A DNA stretch of 63,934 nucleotides, the filler included, from Lenisia limosa (Eukaryota; Protista; Breviatea), in the NCBI GenBank assembly GCA_001655205.1. It is 11 parts of 11 records of this genome, joined end to end, with 100 filler letters (N's around TTAATTAATTAA, not from the genome) between each part and the next. Parts side by side here need not be neighbours in the genome. Positions count along the whole stretch, not along the records: positions 1 to 4,783 come from LPNZ01005346.1; positions 4,884 to 27,987 come from LPNZ01004474.1; 9 more parts are not named here. One strand, given 5' to 3'. Both the position numbers and the translations under genes were made by a program. Each line of letters starts with the position of its first letter. Positions within the stretch are counted from its first letter, which is position 1. This document shows, piece after piece, positions 1 to 12,529 of the stretch. The notes under the pieces are model-generated. The model was not told the origin of the DNA. It did not search any database and was given only the letters and a program-made list of their open reading frames with translations.

Positions 1-244
1 GCTGATTTCTTGAGAAATCCTCACAACTCCACGGAATACTAGAACCAAAGACCCCACTTCCTCAACTCTGAAGAAGATATTTGAAAATATTTCATATGTC
101 ATGACATACACGCAGTTCTGTTTAAATGTAATAGTAAGACACACATAAGAGAATTGATGCGTTAAAAAGATAGAAGCTTCAATAAAGTTTGCCAAACGCT
201 GATAAAGCGAACAAAACAAGATAATACAGCTGCACCCCCCCTAC

Positions 245-2269
245 CCGGCCTTAGGGAAGAGGTCGGAAAGGCTCTTAGGCTGTGTAGGAGGCAGGGACTC
301 CAGCATTGTGGCGGCGAAGGGCGACTTGACAGACTCGATATCGGAGGCTGAGGGGCGGCCCGTGACCTCGATGATCTTGTCCAGCTGGTTCATGGTAGAG
401 GATCCTNNNNNNNNNNNNNNNNNNNNNNNNNNNNNNNNNNNNNNNNNNNNNNNNNNNNNNNNNNNNNNNNNNNNNNNNNNNNNNNNNNNNNNNNNNNNNN
501 NNNNNNNNNNNNNNNNNCGAAAATAAGAACGATCACTCGAAGCGAAAATACATGAAACAAAAATGCAGCTCATAAACTGAGCTGGTTATGTAAATCTGAG
601 TGGGATATTGGTGATCCAGTAAAAATTTAACAAAATAAAGAAGAAAAACAAGTATGACACCCCTCAGCGAACCCGGGAACATCGGGGAGCCGGAGAGTAG
701 TTCACCAAGGATGCAGCCACAGGACCACATATCCACACCGGTCGTGTACCGTGTCGAACCGAGCAGGATTTCAGGGGCTCTGTACCAGCGGGTGGCAACG
801 TAGTCAGTCAAGACTGGGTTAGCTCCAGTGTCTTGCTGCAGGGGGGATGAAAAGCTTATTGACTTCAGAGTATCAATACAATGCTAAGAATGAACTGCTA
901 AGGGTGGATGACTACATCTTGTTCAACCTTTTTTTCTCCTTCTATCCGACATTGACCCAATACCCACAACAACAAATGAACTCTATTAGAACCCCCAAAT
1001 GAATGGTCATCTCATGAAAGCAGAGTTATCCGTCATACCCCCATTTCATTAGTAGTATATACAACTATTGTATCCACTGTCGGCAGAATAATACCGAAAA
1101 AGCCTTCCCTTCAAGTGAGCCATAATTTGTCCGCGTAATATTCACTTCTTAGTTCAGCCTCAAAAAGACCGAGAAAACCCCAATGTTGTCCTGGTGAGAA
1201 GTCCTGCTTAATATCACCCCATCCAACCTCGAGGGCGGCGATGGACCGAGCCAAACCGAAATCAGCAAGCTTGACAAGGCATTCCCTGTAATATCAGCCG
1301 TCGGGACAACACCAGCCATTTATTGAGTTTTTTTTTTCTTTTCGAATAAGAATTATTTTATATCAAATAACCCGAAAGACATGCTTAGTTACAAACATAA
1401 GCAGCCAGGGTTTTTTATTTGTAAGCTTCGTTTAATAATAAAATTAAAGCATTATCTTCGACAACGAGACGCCCATGTGAAGTGGAAGAAAGAGAGAACA
1501 ATACATCAGTACAAAAACAAAAGCAAACAAAAGAGGTCGGATGAGATGGCAGTAACGAAAACACAAGAAAAAGCCCCCCCCCCCCATTTACGAGTTAAGA
1601 AGAAGATTTGACGGTTTGAGATCNNNNNNNNNNNNNNNNNNNNNNNNNNNNNNCTCGATGCAACACTCTGCCAGTGTGCATGTACTTCAATGCCTGGATT
1701 GTGAGGGTCGGAAGCAGGAGGGGAGAACAGGAAATGGGGGCTGACCTTGAAAAGCTGGTAAATAATATACTGACGGTGAACTTCCTCAAGAATATTCGCA
1801 CGGATAACAGCGTGGAGGTCGGTTTCTAGAAAATGATTCCTTTTAGTAACCTTTGGCTTACCCATGAATTCGAAGACAAGGTAGATATCTCTATCGTTAT
1901 CAGCCTTTAAGACGTTCAACAGACGAACAATATGGTCGTGGTGATGAAGCTCCTAAAGAGAAATGATTAGATTATCGTCATTTTTTTGCCAAACCTGTAA
2001 AAACATGATTTCACGGAAGGTTCTCTGGGCGTCAGTGGCATTCTGGAAAGCGTCGAAAATCTAGAGTACGGTCAGGCCCGCTAGCTGCAAAGACCAACCT
2101 TCTTCAACGCGACGACATCACGAGTTTTCTTATCAACAGCCTTCCACACAATTCCGTAAGCCTTGAAAATGAGGAAATGGCAAAAAAAAATCAAAACACT
2201 GACTCCTTTTCCGAGCTTTTGGACAATTTCATACTTCCTAAGAACGTGTTTATCTACCTCTTCTGACAT
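245..2269 (-). CDS. ERK7/MAPK15-like MAP kinase (at least 9 exons; 3' end not resolved, probably continues toward or past position 1)
   Basis: Spliced exons give [76 protein letters not shown] and [18 protein letters not shown], with GT-AG boundaries. Confidence 0.9.
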
Positions 2270-2487
2270 TTTGGCGTTTCTTTGTCCTGTTTTCAATTTT
2301 TTTTTTTATATAAGTATTTTGCTAATCAAAAGTAATCCCCTTTAAGAAAAATAATTTCAAAAACACAGTGGAAATTGCGGCAAAAAGGAATGGACTAGCG
2401 GCACTAAAGTCGGAACAGTAAATATTAGATCTGGGACAGTGTTAAATAGTCACTTTTATTTTGTTTGAAGCCGATAATTGAGGCAGA

Positions 2488-4687
2488 ATGAGCGAAAGTG
2501 TTGGGACAATTGACTCTCCCAATGTTAGCGAAGCCTGGAAGTTGCGGATGTCTCTTGCCTCCGAGGCTGAGAAGTTTCTCGCCTCTCAGGGCTCTGCCCA
2601 GGCACCTTCCGTCTACCAAAGCCCTAATATGACTAGACAACCAGCAGCAGCTCAGCCTACGTTCCTTTATTCTCAATACCAAACCCCTCCGCCTCCGATC
2701 CAGAATCCTCCCCACGTCTTTGGTAAGGCCGGAGTTGCATCGCCCTATTCGCAACCAAACATTTCGCGTGAACAGGAGCTTGTGTGGTACGCGGTTTGGT
2801 GATGTTGGGCAAGAATGGAATTGCCAAGGTGACTTGGTGATACTAGTGGTATTATCGTTATTTCCCTTTCTGCTTTCCAGGATTGACATAGCTTTTCATT
2901 GATAAAATGTCCGTTTTTTTTGGGTGAAAATAAAGGTTTTATGCGTAAATTTACTCAGAATATAATATTTTCTCTTTGAATATCTAAGAGTTGGCGCTCG
3001 ACAAGGTTCAGATTATTTTCGGGAATCACGACGAACACAAGTTCCGTTCTTTTACCCGCGTAGGTCCCTTCAACTCGAGGAGCTGCAACAGAATAACTTC
3101 AATCTCCAGCATGAGAACGCCGAGCTGAAGCGCCAAGTGGTTGAACAAAACACCGTGAGGGGGGGGGGGGGGAAACATNNNNNNNNNNNNNNNNNNNNNN
3201 NNNNNNNNNNNNNNNNNNNNNNNNNNNNNNNNNNNNATTTGGATGCAAATCATTGGAGCTGACCACACAGGCTCGAATCCGACAGATGTCGAAGCAGACA
3301 GAGCTGCTGAAGCAGGAGAAGGAGGCGATTGAGAGTCTCAACACAAGGCTGCAGAAGGATGTCCGTCGGCTGAGAAAGGAGAAAGACGAGCTCACGAAAT
3401 GCGTTGAAAGTGGGAGAGGATCAGTGGGATGGTCGTTTATTTGAGTGCATTAAGGCACGTGGGTCTGTTTTTGGTGTATTGTGAAACAATGACATAATAC
3501 TTTTGATCGTTTAATACGGGGAGTAAATGTAGTTCACAAAAAAACTGATTTTCATTTCCCACATAACTGCCTGCTTACCAATCAGACACGGACTTGTCCA
3601 AGGATGAGGCTGTCCAATCTCTGAACGCAAGACTGGAAGATGAGTCGGCTGAAAGGTGCGACCCAATGGACTTCGGTACCTTTGTTATTACTAGCATATC
3701 TATGCGGTTCCCATTAGCTTCTCTATCAGCTGTATCTTTTTTTGAGAGCAAGAAAATAGCATGACATATTTAAAATTTTTAAAATCTAGGGATATCATAA
3801 AACAAAATAAAGAGATAACATAAAACAAAATAAAAGCACTTCGATGTTCACCGCTTCTCTGACACATTACTTACCAAATAGGCTTGTAGCGGAGAAGCGC
3901 CTGGAAGAGTCCCTTGAGGGTGCTCTGGGATTGTCAAGAAAGCTTGAAACCCTTCAGGATGAGGTTTGAAGGGGGGTCCAGTTCTCCGAAGAGAAACAGA
4001 TGGCAGTAAAGCTCATGTATTGCATTTGGCACACACTACCGAAGAGGACAGAAAAGTGATTCGCTGTACTGTTTGCAGTTCTCTTTCATTAAAATCCAAA
4101 TTCAGGAAAATGAATTGAGAATCATGCTGGCATGATGGAGTGCTGTTTGAAGATAGGGTGAAGCCCAACAATCTATCTTGTAACTGTTTAGAACGACAGT
4201 TTAACCGGCCGTCTTGGTGAGGCTGAGAACCGCATTGAGACCCTTGAGGAAGAGGTGGGACAGGGCTTCACTGGAGAATTGGTATTCTTCGGCTGAGCCC
4301 GTATTTTTTGGGGAGTTTCTTGTTTCAGCGATTATACAGGACTATCATGCGTGTTCCGACAAGGCTCAAACACATTGGGTTTATCGCTTAGTATATTCCC
4401 ACCTAATTAAGGCTTCACTTTGGTTCGGAAAAAGACTGAATTTCTTGATAATTCCTCAGCACCCTGGAAAGCTTGTAGTCATTCAGTGCCCAAGGAGGAG
4501 TATATGATATACATATGATATGCATATCTTATTGCAATGATAAATAAAAACGTTGTATCATACTTATTCGTTCCTTTCCTCATTCTTCACTTACGCCTTT
4601 GCAGCACGTGGGACTGAAGAAGAGCCTGTTAACTGCCGAGGGGAGAGAGAAGGCAGCTGAATCCTCGAAGAAGAATGTTGAGTCCTG
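2488..4687 (+). CDS. Hypothetical coiled-coil protein with P/Q-rich N-terminus, multi-exon, 3' partial
   Basis: Exons at ~2488-2786, 3064-3153, ~3240-3410, 3586-3655, 3882-3963, ~4190-4253 and 4605-4687 join in frame and show heptads (SLQLEELQQNNFNLQHENAELKRQ). Confidence 0.65.
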
Positions 4688-4783
4688 TATGGGGGTTGTC
4701 AAGTGAATCACAGAAACAACTGGCCTTTGCTTTTTTTTCTTCAACCCTCATGTGTGTACATTGCTTTTTTTTTTCTCTTTACA

Positions 4784-4883
4784 NNNNNNNNNNNNNNNNN
4801 NNNNNNNNNNNNNNNNNNNNNNNNNNNTTAATTAATTAANNNNNNNNNNNNNNNNNNNNNNNNNNNNNNNNNNNNNNNNNNNN
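4784..4883. other. 100-nt assembly gap with TTAATTAATTAA linker (also at 28032, 33416, 38995, 49986, 55985, 57174, 59863, 61363, 62846)
   Basis: 44 N + TTAATTAATTAA + 44 N, giving stops in all frames; artificial. Confidence 0.97.
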
Positions 4884-7800
4884 TCTGGGGCATAGGGGAC
4901 AGGGTTTCGTGGGGCTAATTCGGCATCCAATTCAGAGACCTGAATAAATTATTAAATAAAAAGACATACGTCTTATGAACTGTCATATTGTGATTGCAGT
5001 AATCCCCAAATACAATAAGGGTTATTTGAACAGAACACACCTTTTGAGCAAGAGCGTCAAGAGCCTCGTGCCTCTCATCCTTCATGCGGCCGAGAATTGA
5101 CATGTTGCTTTCTGACGGCTCAAGAGGATTCTGAGGGGTGAGTCTTTAAGGAAAAGGCAACCTCAACATTTACGTGTTAAGGAAGCCATACCGGGCGAGG
5201 AGGAGGGGACATACTGCGTCGGTCTTGCAGTGGGGACACGCTTCTGCCAAAATCGGGCTGGAAAGGTCATGTACTATGTACATCATTAGGATACTTGATT
5301 GATCGCAAACCATAACTGTTGTTAAGTAAAAAATAGGGGGGTGGTGGNNNNNNNNNNNNNNNNNNNNNNNNNNNNNNNNNNNNNNNNNNNNNNNNNNNNN
5401 NNNNNNNNNNNNNNNNNNNNNNNNNNNNNNNNNNNNNNNNNNNNNNNNNNNNNNNNNNNNNNNNNNNNNNNNNNNNNAAAGAATATAGACAAAAAAGCAA
5501 TTTGATAGGTTGTTTAGTATAACAGCCTACTACTCTTAAGGGTTCGTGAGCTTGGGGCATTGGAGGGGCCGGCTTGGCATAGTGTTCGTAATTGGGATCC
5601 TATAAAGTTAACTGTATGAACTGAAAGCTCGGAAGCTAGGAATATAATAATTAAGCCATACAAGGTACTTGTCATGAGCTCTAACTGCTTGTGCCGTGTC
5701 TTGAAGTTGACGAATGACGGAATCTTCAATCTGGAGGTGCGTGAGGATATTATTTCATATTACACTGTATCTGATGAAGAAATGTAACATTAAAGAGCGT
5801 CCTTCAGTATTAAAGGATATTACATTTTGACATGTTTGAAAGAAGCCTTCCCAACCGCTTGTCTGCTTTGATGTAATTTGGCTGACGCTTCCTCTAAGGA
5901 CTGATCGCGGCTTTGAATTGTAATTCTCAGTCGCTTGACCTGAAAGTAACACAAGAAGCGTCTTTATTTTGTCATAATTATATCATCAATTGGTGGTGGT
6001 GGGAGGATCTCTCTCTCACAGTAACCTCAAACCTCAGCTGAAAGGTGGTAGTTGTCGTTGTAGACAGCACGGTACTAAAATGGTGAACATCACAATTATG
6101 GAAGTATGAAATAGTTATATAGGGATTTCAGTAAAAAAAAAAAACAAAAAAAAACAGTATATTGGAAAATCAGTACTTTTTGGTACAAAAGATTGACAAA
6201 CCTTCTCCTTCAGCTCTTCGAGTTCAGTGCTGGTCTGTTTGCTCTCACGCTGCAAACGCTCACGAGCTTCTGTTTCGTTCACTGTATTTGCGGACTTGGT
6301 TGTTGCCAATGCACTCAACTACAAGGATTGATTATAAAGGGTTGATAATTCATATTCATATCAAAATCAGAATAACTTAGGTTTTAAAAAAAGTGTTAAC
6401 ACCCATAGTGTAAAAGAAAATCACCTTCTCATTTTCAGAACGAAGAGTTTCAAGTTCCGTTTTGAAGGTTTCTCTTTGAGCCTAAAGAATAAATAAAAAT
6501 AAAACTCATGTTTTTCTGTGAGTGCCCCTCTATGTTCATGTATTTGTTGTCAGGAAGCTTTATTATTTCACCTCAAGCCCAAGTTGTCCCCAGACCAAGA
6601 CCAACCAACCTTTAATTCTTCGGCAGATTTCGCCGCAGACGCTCCGGTCCGGGCTTCAAAGTCCAATTGAAGCTGTCCAACCTCGGTCTTGACCCGTTGG
6701 TTTTCCATTTCAAACTCCCTCTGAGGGGGGGGGGGGTCAGAAGAGCTTTCCCCAATAATCAGGGCGGTCTGTCATGTCTCATGACTAAGACATTGTATCC
6801 TCACCTTCAACTGCCTATTTCTTGATTCGAGATCTGCTGTGTATCGACCCAGGGACTGAATCCTGGAATGTTAGCAAAATGACAATTACCAAATAACACT
6901 TCATACTTTTCATCTCTGCTTTGAATTTCTTCCTTCATTTGAGAAATCTGCTTCTGAGTACCTGTTTGCTAGAAAGGTTTAAAAAGTTTTGACATGTTTG
7001 ACAACCGGATTTCTAAGATATTACCTATATTTCATCCAACTATATCACTTACCTCAATTTCGATAGTTGATTGGTTCTGAACTGTCTGTTCAAGCTTCTT
7101 GTTGGCCTCCATCAAAACATTGGTCTACATTGGTCAGTCCGCAAAAGGTACCATATTATGTTGCTATGTAACCAACCAGTTCATCTTCTCTCGCGGTAAA
7201 TTGCAGTGCAATTTCGTCAAGTTTACGTTGCATAGCCTGCTCATTCTCACGTTCACGCTGCTCAAATTGCTGAGTGTACTGGCGCTCCCTCTGTTCAAAC
7301 TGGCGCTCTTGTTGCTCAAATTGCTTTTCGCGATGGTCAGCTTGGCGAGTCAGCTGGTCGATCTGCAGTTCGTGTTGTCTGTTGATCTGCTCAATCTGCT
7401 GATCAAACTGGCGCTCACGCTTCTCAGTTTGGCGATCCTTCTGCTCAATCTGAAACGGGTCAAAGATGACGGGTTGGATTTCTTGCATGTTAGTGGTTGT
7501 CAAAGAGGAAGAAACGAAGGAAATTTTATTGAAGAATATTGTCGTTAAGGTGCGAATCACGGACCGAATAATCTAAAACTCCAAATAAACAACAAACAAA
7601 AAAACAAGCAATAACAAACACCAGCAACCAAGGCGAAAACTATAAAAAAACCTAGATGACAAAAACACAAAAACAAATACATGCCCGAGCCAGGGAGAGG
7701 GGGGGGGGCAATGGATAAAAGTCGCATTCAAAACTAATAAACTAATACCAAGTCAAAGTTAAGCAACCTGACAGGAAATAGCCCAGACTCATCCATTGAA

Positions 7801-10359
7801 AAACCCACCAACCAATTCCTCTTCTCTCGCGGTGAACTGCTTAGATAGCTCGTCCATTCTACGTTGAAGTGCTTGTTCGTTCTCACGTTCACGATTCTCG
7901 AATTGCTGGGTGTTTTGGCGTTCTTTCTGCTCAAACTGACGCTCCTGTTGCTCCAGTTGTCTTTGCAATAGCTGCTCCTTTTCACGCTCCAGTTGTTCAA
8001 GTTGCTGTGTGTATTGGCGCTCTCTCTGCTCAAACTGGCGTTCTTGTTGCTCCAATTGTCTTTGCAGAGTTTGCTCCTTGTCACGATCTTGACGCTCGAA
8101 CTGTTGTTGCATCTGACTCATCTAAAAAGTCAACCAAGCCTATCAGAGAAGCATGAAGAAGAAGAAGATCTAAACCTGGAAACAAACCTCGTTTACAGTA
8201 GAGGCTGCTGATTTTTCATACTTCTTAGTAACCTCCAAAAGTGCAGTCGACTAAATCTGTTACATTTTATCATTCTTTTAAAAACAAAATAGCTCAAGCC
8301 CAACCAGTTCATCTTCTCTCGCGGTGAACTGCTGGACAACTTCATCCATTTTACGTTGCATAGCCTGCTCGTTCTCACGTTCACGCTGCTCGAATTGCTG
8401 AGTGTATTGGCGCTCTCTCTGTTCAAATTGGCGCTCTTGTTGCTCCAATTGTCTTTGTAGAGTTTGCTCCTTATCACGATCCTGTTGCTCGAACTGTTGC
8501 TGCATCTGACTCATCTAAAATGTAAGCCCATCACAGTTGCTTCTTGTTTTCCAAACGAGAGGAATAGATGACAATTTCCTGTCACCGAATAATCTGCACC
8601 CCCCCCCCCCTCACCTCATTAACGGAAGATACTGCTGACTTTTCGTACTTCTTTGTGACCTCCAAAAGAGCAGTGGACTAAACAGATTACAATTCATCAT
8701 TTTCCTTTCTTTCGAAATCATCAAGACAAAATTATAATAGTATATAATATATAGTACGTAGTATATACATGTATATATCATATATAATATGCATATATCA
8801 GAGATAGCTTTATATCGATATATATAGTACGCATTTTCTCATCATATGAGAATGTACACATTCCCAGAAACCTTTTTTTTTTTTTTTCTAAATTTCAACT
8901 AACCAGTTCATCTTCTCTCGCGGTAAACTGTTGGACAATTTCATCCATTTTACGTTGCATAGCCTGCTCATTCTCACGTTCACGCTGCTCAAATTGCTGC
9001 TGCATCTGACTGATCTAAAAAATGAAACAGTTCTCCAAACAGAACGAACGACAAAGAAGGGTGCTCCTCTTGGGCTATCTGAGACCAAATGAATTCCATA
9101 TTAACAAGACCTTTCCTTGTTGAACAAACCTCAGAACGGGCAGAAGTGGCTTCATTGGCGGACGTTAGAATCTGGCATAGTGAGAAAGGAAAACAAACAA
9201 AAAACAAAAACAAAAAGGGCAACCAGACAGCAGCATTAACACCTCTTACTTGCGACATGTTCTGGGCATTATCATCAGCAGCTGCCTCCAACTGCCGTTT
9301 CAACTCAATGACCTCCTCATTGAGACGGTCTGAGTTGCTATGTGAGTTCATGAGCTTGGTTTCCTGGCAACTGTTAAAACAACACAGAGAAACAAGATAA
9401 GATAAATATCCAGAGACACACCATTTGTTCAGAATGCGCAGTGAGACGCTCGATCTCGCGGCCAGCGTTAGCAAGGCTGTCCTTCAGCCCGACCATTTCT
9501 CCATTCTTGAAGGTCATAACAGAAACCAATTTGCATATTTATTAATTTGTTAACTTGACGTAGATTAGCATTCTCGTTTCAAGTTGTGTTTACTTGCGTT
9601 GGTACCCTTCCTCACAATTTTGAAACAAACCAACTAACTGCCTATACATGGGGGTGTTCTTCTCTGCATTACTTCTCCAACTAAGCTCACTCTCAAGACT
9701 TGAAGAGTTGTTTTGGCTTGAGACAATAGGTTTTCGCGCTCCTTTAAGAGAATATTCAAACGATTCACTTCAGCTCGTTGTTGGTTCAACTAAAAAGTTA
9801 GCCCCAATCCGGCGCCCTGTCGGAAACTAACCAGAATCTCAGCATCCATATTAGTATCTGAACGGAACTCTGCAAGGCGCTCCTCATAATAATGGATTCT
9901 CAATTTCAAGTCCATGTTTTCTTTCATCAGCCGTGAGTTAGCCTAGATTTTTAAACATATTACAAGGATAGAGCCTACCTCCTTCTGCTCCATTACGCTT
10001 GGAGAGTTTGCCTGAGGTTGGCGGGCACGGCTGGGACCAGGAGTGGTGAGGACCCCGTCATCAAGGTCAAAGGGGGCCGCTATTCATATTAATTGTCTTT
10101 ATTTTATGTGAAAACAAGATGAGGTTGCCAGGAGAGGTGTAACGGCAACGTATAAATGAACGGTCAACCTATCAAATTACCTGTTCTCATCGCCATTGGA
10201 GTACTGGCTACCATTGTGGAAGTATACGGCCCAGGCTCACTCTCCAACCCTGTAATATGACGGTCAAAAAACTAACACAGCTTTACCTCTGGCTAAATAA
10301 GCAAGAGAATCATCAACACCACGTCCTCCAGCTATAAAAGAGTCGTTTGGTCTGCTCAT
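4884..10359 (-). CDS. Centrosomin-motif 1 (CM1/Cnn_1N) coiled-coil protein of the CDK5RAP2/Mto1/Pcp1 type; about 25 exons, 3' partial
   Basis: ATG at 10359 (MSRPNDSFIAGG). Exons join to MEQKEANSRLMKENMDLKLRIHYYEERL, matching the CM1 consensus (EQ...L.KENF.LKLRIYFLEERL), followed by a long coiled coil. Confidence 0.75.
7177..9014 (-). repeat. Tandemly duplicated exon modules (QFEQRER repeats) within the CM1 gene
   Basis: Phase-0 exons 8904-9014, 8305-8514, 7813-8121 and 7177-7449 all end QFTARE(D/E)EL. Two spacer exons both encode STALLEVTKKYEKSA. Confidence 0.9.
7560..7650 (-). repeat. Family B intronic dispersed repeat (other copies at 49578-49646 on + and 55258-55345 on -)
   Basis: Shared TTGRTTGC..RTGTTTGTTATTGCTTGTTTTTT..TTTGGAGTTTYAG core. 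Confidence 0.75.
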
Positions 10360-10585
10360 TACGGACTTTTATTTAGTGAACAGAAAAAAAATCGCCTCTT
10401 ATCCCTTGCGGGGAAACAGGATTCTAATTAATTAATATAACAAACAACTGTACTTATTATAACTTGAAGAGAAACATTTTTTTTAGATTTTTTGGTAAAC
10501 GGGGAATCGAGCCGACATGGCTCGGGCGGCTCGTGTCATTTAAATGTGTTTTTTTTCTTCAAATTCCTTTTCATTTGTTGTTATA

Positions 10586-11713
10586 ATGGTGGGTGTGGTA
10601 TTTATTTGTGTATAAAGGAAATAAATTGGTTTTAGCTATTCTTCATTTTGCATTTTTTTGTCGAGTCTTTAATTTCTCAGGCTGCCCCTGCTGCTACTTT
10701 CAAACTTGTCCTTGTTGGTGATGGTAAGCCAGAAAAAGAAAAATTACTTCAACGAATTTTTTGTTGAATTTGTTCTTATTTTCAAGGTGCCACTGGTAAG
10801 ACTACCTTTGTCAACCGCCATCTCAGTGGTGAATTCCGCAAGAAGTACATCCGTATGTGAGGCCATGTGCTTTGAATCTAACAGCACTATTGCCCTTAGA
10901 GGTGATTTATACAACTAAACTTACTCTTTTAGCCACCATTGGTGTCGAAGTGCATCCTCTCTCTTTCTATACCACCTGTGGTGAGATCGTCTTCAACGTT
11001 TGGGATACTGCTGGACAAGAGAAGTTCGGTGTTCTCCGTGATGCTTACTAGTAAGCTTTTTTAATCTTTTTTGGATAACGGTTTTTTTCTTCAATCTCCA
11101 AAGTGCCCTTGCCAGTGTTCTAACCTCTCTAGCATCCAAGGACAGTGCGCTATTATGATGTTCGATGTCACTTCTCGTATCACCTACAAGAACATTCCTA
11201 ACTGGTACCGTGATCTTGTAAGCTTGGCTTCCCCCTGCCTGCCTCTATCGTTATTTAATCTTAGTTAACGTTTGATGTTTTTAATACTACTTGAAATCGG
11301 TCTTACTCTTCCAGGATCGTATCTGCAAGAACATCCCCATCGTTCTCTGCGGTAACAAGGTTGACGTCAAGGACCGCAAGGTTCAGCCCGCCAACATCAC
11401 TTTCCACCGTCGTAAGAACCTTCCCTACTTCGACATCTCTGCCCGCTCCAACTACAACTTTGAGAAGCCCTTCCTCTGGCTCGCTCGCCGTCTTACCGGG
11501 TATGCCTCATGCTTGCTCCCTTATTAGGGTTTTAATTGTCGGTCCCGCTCTGACACATATAGTGATGCCAACCTTGAGCTCCGTGAAGCCCCTGCTCTCG
11601 CCCCCGCTGACGTCAACGTCAACGAGAACGACATGGAGAGGTACCGCAAGGAACTCGAAAACCTCGAGAAGGGTATCAGTGCCTCCATCCCTGATGAAGA
11701 TGACGACCTCTAA
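10586..11713 (+). CDS. RAN: Ran GTPase (7 exons; exon 1 contributes only the ATG)
   Basis: Exons 10586-88, 10681-10723, 10787-10852, 10933-11050, 11133-11217, 11315-11499 and 11563-11713. Motifs [39 protein letters not shown] and acidic tail DEDDDL. Confidence 0.97.
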
Positions 11714-12529
11714 GTTTTTTCACCCCCTGTTTCGTTTCACCAACATGTCCACGCATGGTCTGTATCATGTATTGTGTAGTAGCCCCCAATTCATTCTCAC
11801 TCTTGTCACTCCATTACGGATCAAATTCCAATTATCATATGCGGGTGGGCAATAAAGGGAGGGGAGTGTTTGAGCGGTAACGGTTACCGACCCACCCGAG
11901 TAGTTTTTTTAAAAAAAAAACCATCAAAAAAAAACATAAATTGCAAACAAACGAAAGGTGGGCAGCCAACAGCCAATCATTACGCCAGACAAAGAGTAAA
12001 GAAGAACAGGTTTGCGTCTGGTGTAATGACCTGTGTGGTAGTAAAATCTGTTAGATTCAAAGTGGGTTAGTGCTGATGGTTTTATTTCGCAACTCATCCG
12101 CCGTCGCAATCTGGTGTTTTTGTGTTTGTGTTTTTGTTGTATGTGTGTGTAGGGCAAGTGTGTGTNNNNNNNNNNNNNNNNNNNNNNNNNNNNNNNNNNN
12201 NNNNNNNNNNNNNNNNNNNNNNNNNNNNNNNNNNNNNNNNNNNNNNNNNNNNNNNNNNNNNNNNNTATTACACTATTACATACATTATACTTGCAAACAT
12301 ACATATACTACACACATATATGACCTATGGGCAGTGTCAATATTGCTGCTTTGTTTAAGTTTGTTGGTGTTTGTGTATGGGGGGAGGGGGGTACCTGGTA
12401 ACATAATCTAGCTACGATATCATGAGCCTAGTTACTGTTCACTTCTTCCCTTCCAGAACATTAAGTAGCACAGCTTCTTCTGAAGTCAGACACAACATCA
12501 GCTATATCACTGCAGTGTGCTAAGGGCAA

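Noticed and set aside
1624-1653. Apparent insertion in the kinase HRD motif
   Set aside because: A small N gap with short overlapping flanks, so an assembly artefact
4828-4839. TTAATTAATTAA repeated ten times as a possible biological motif
   Set aside because: It is always centred in 44+44 N, so it is an artificial gap linker
7099-8211. Leu-rich + strand ORFs
   Set aside because: They are antisense shadows of the Q/E/R repeat exons
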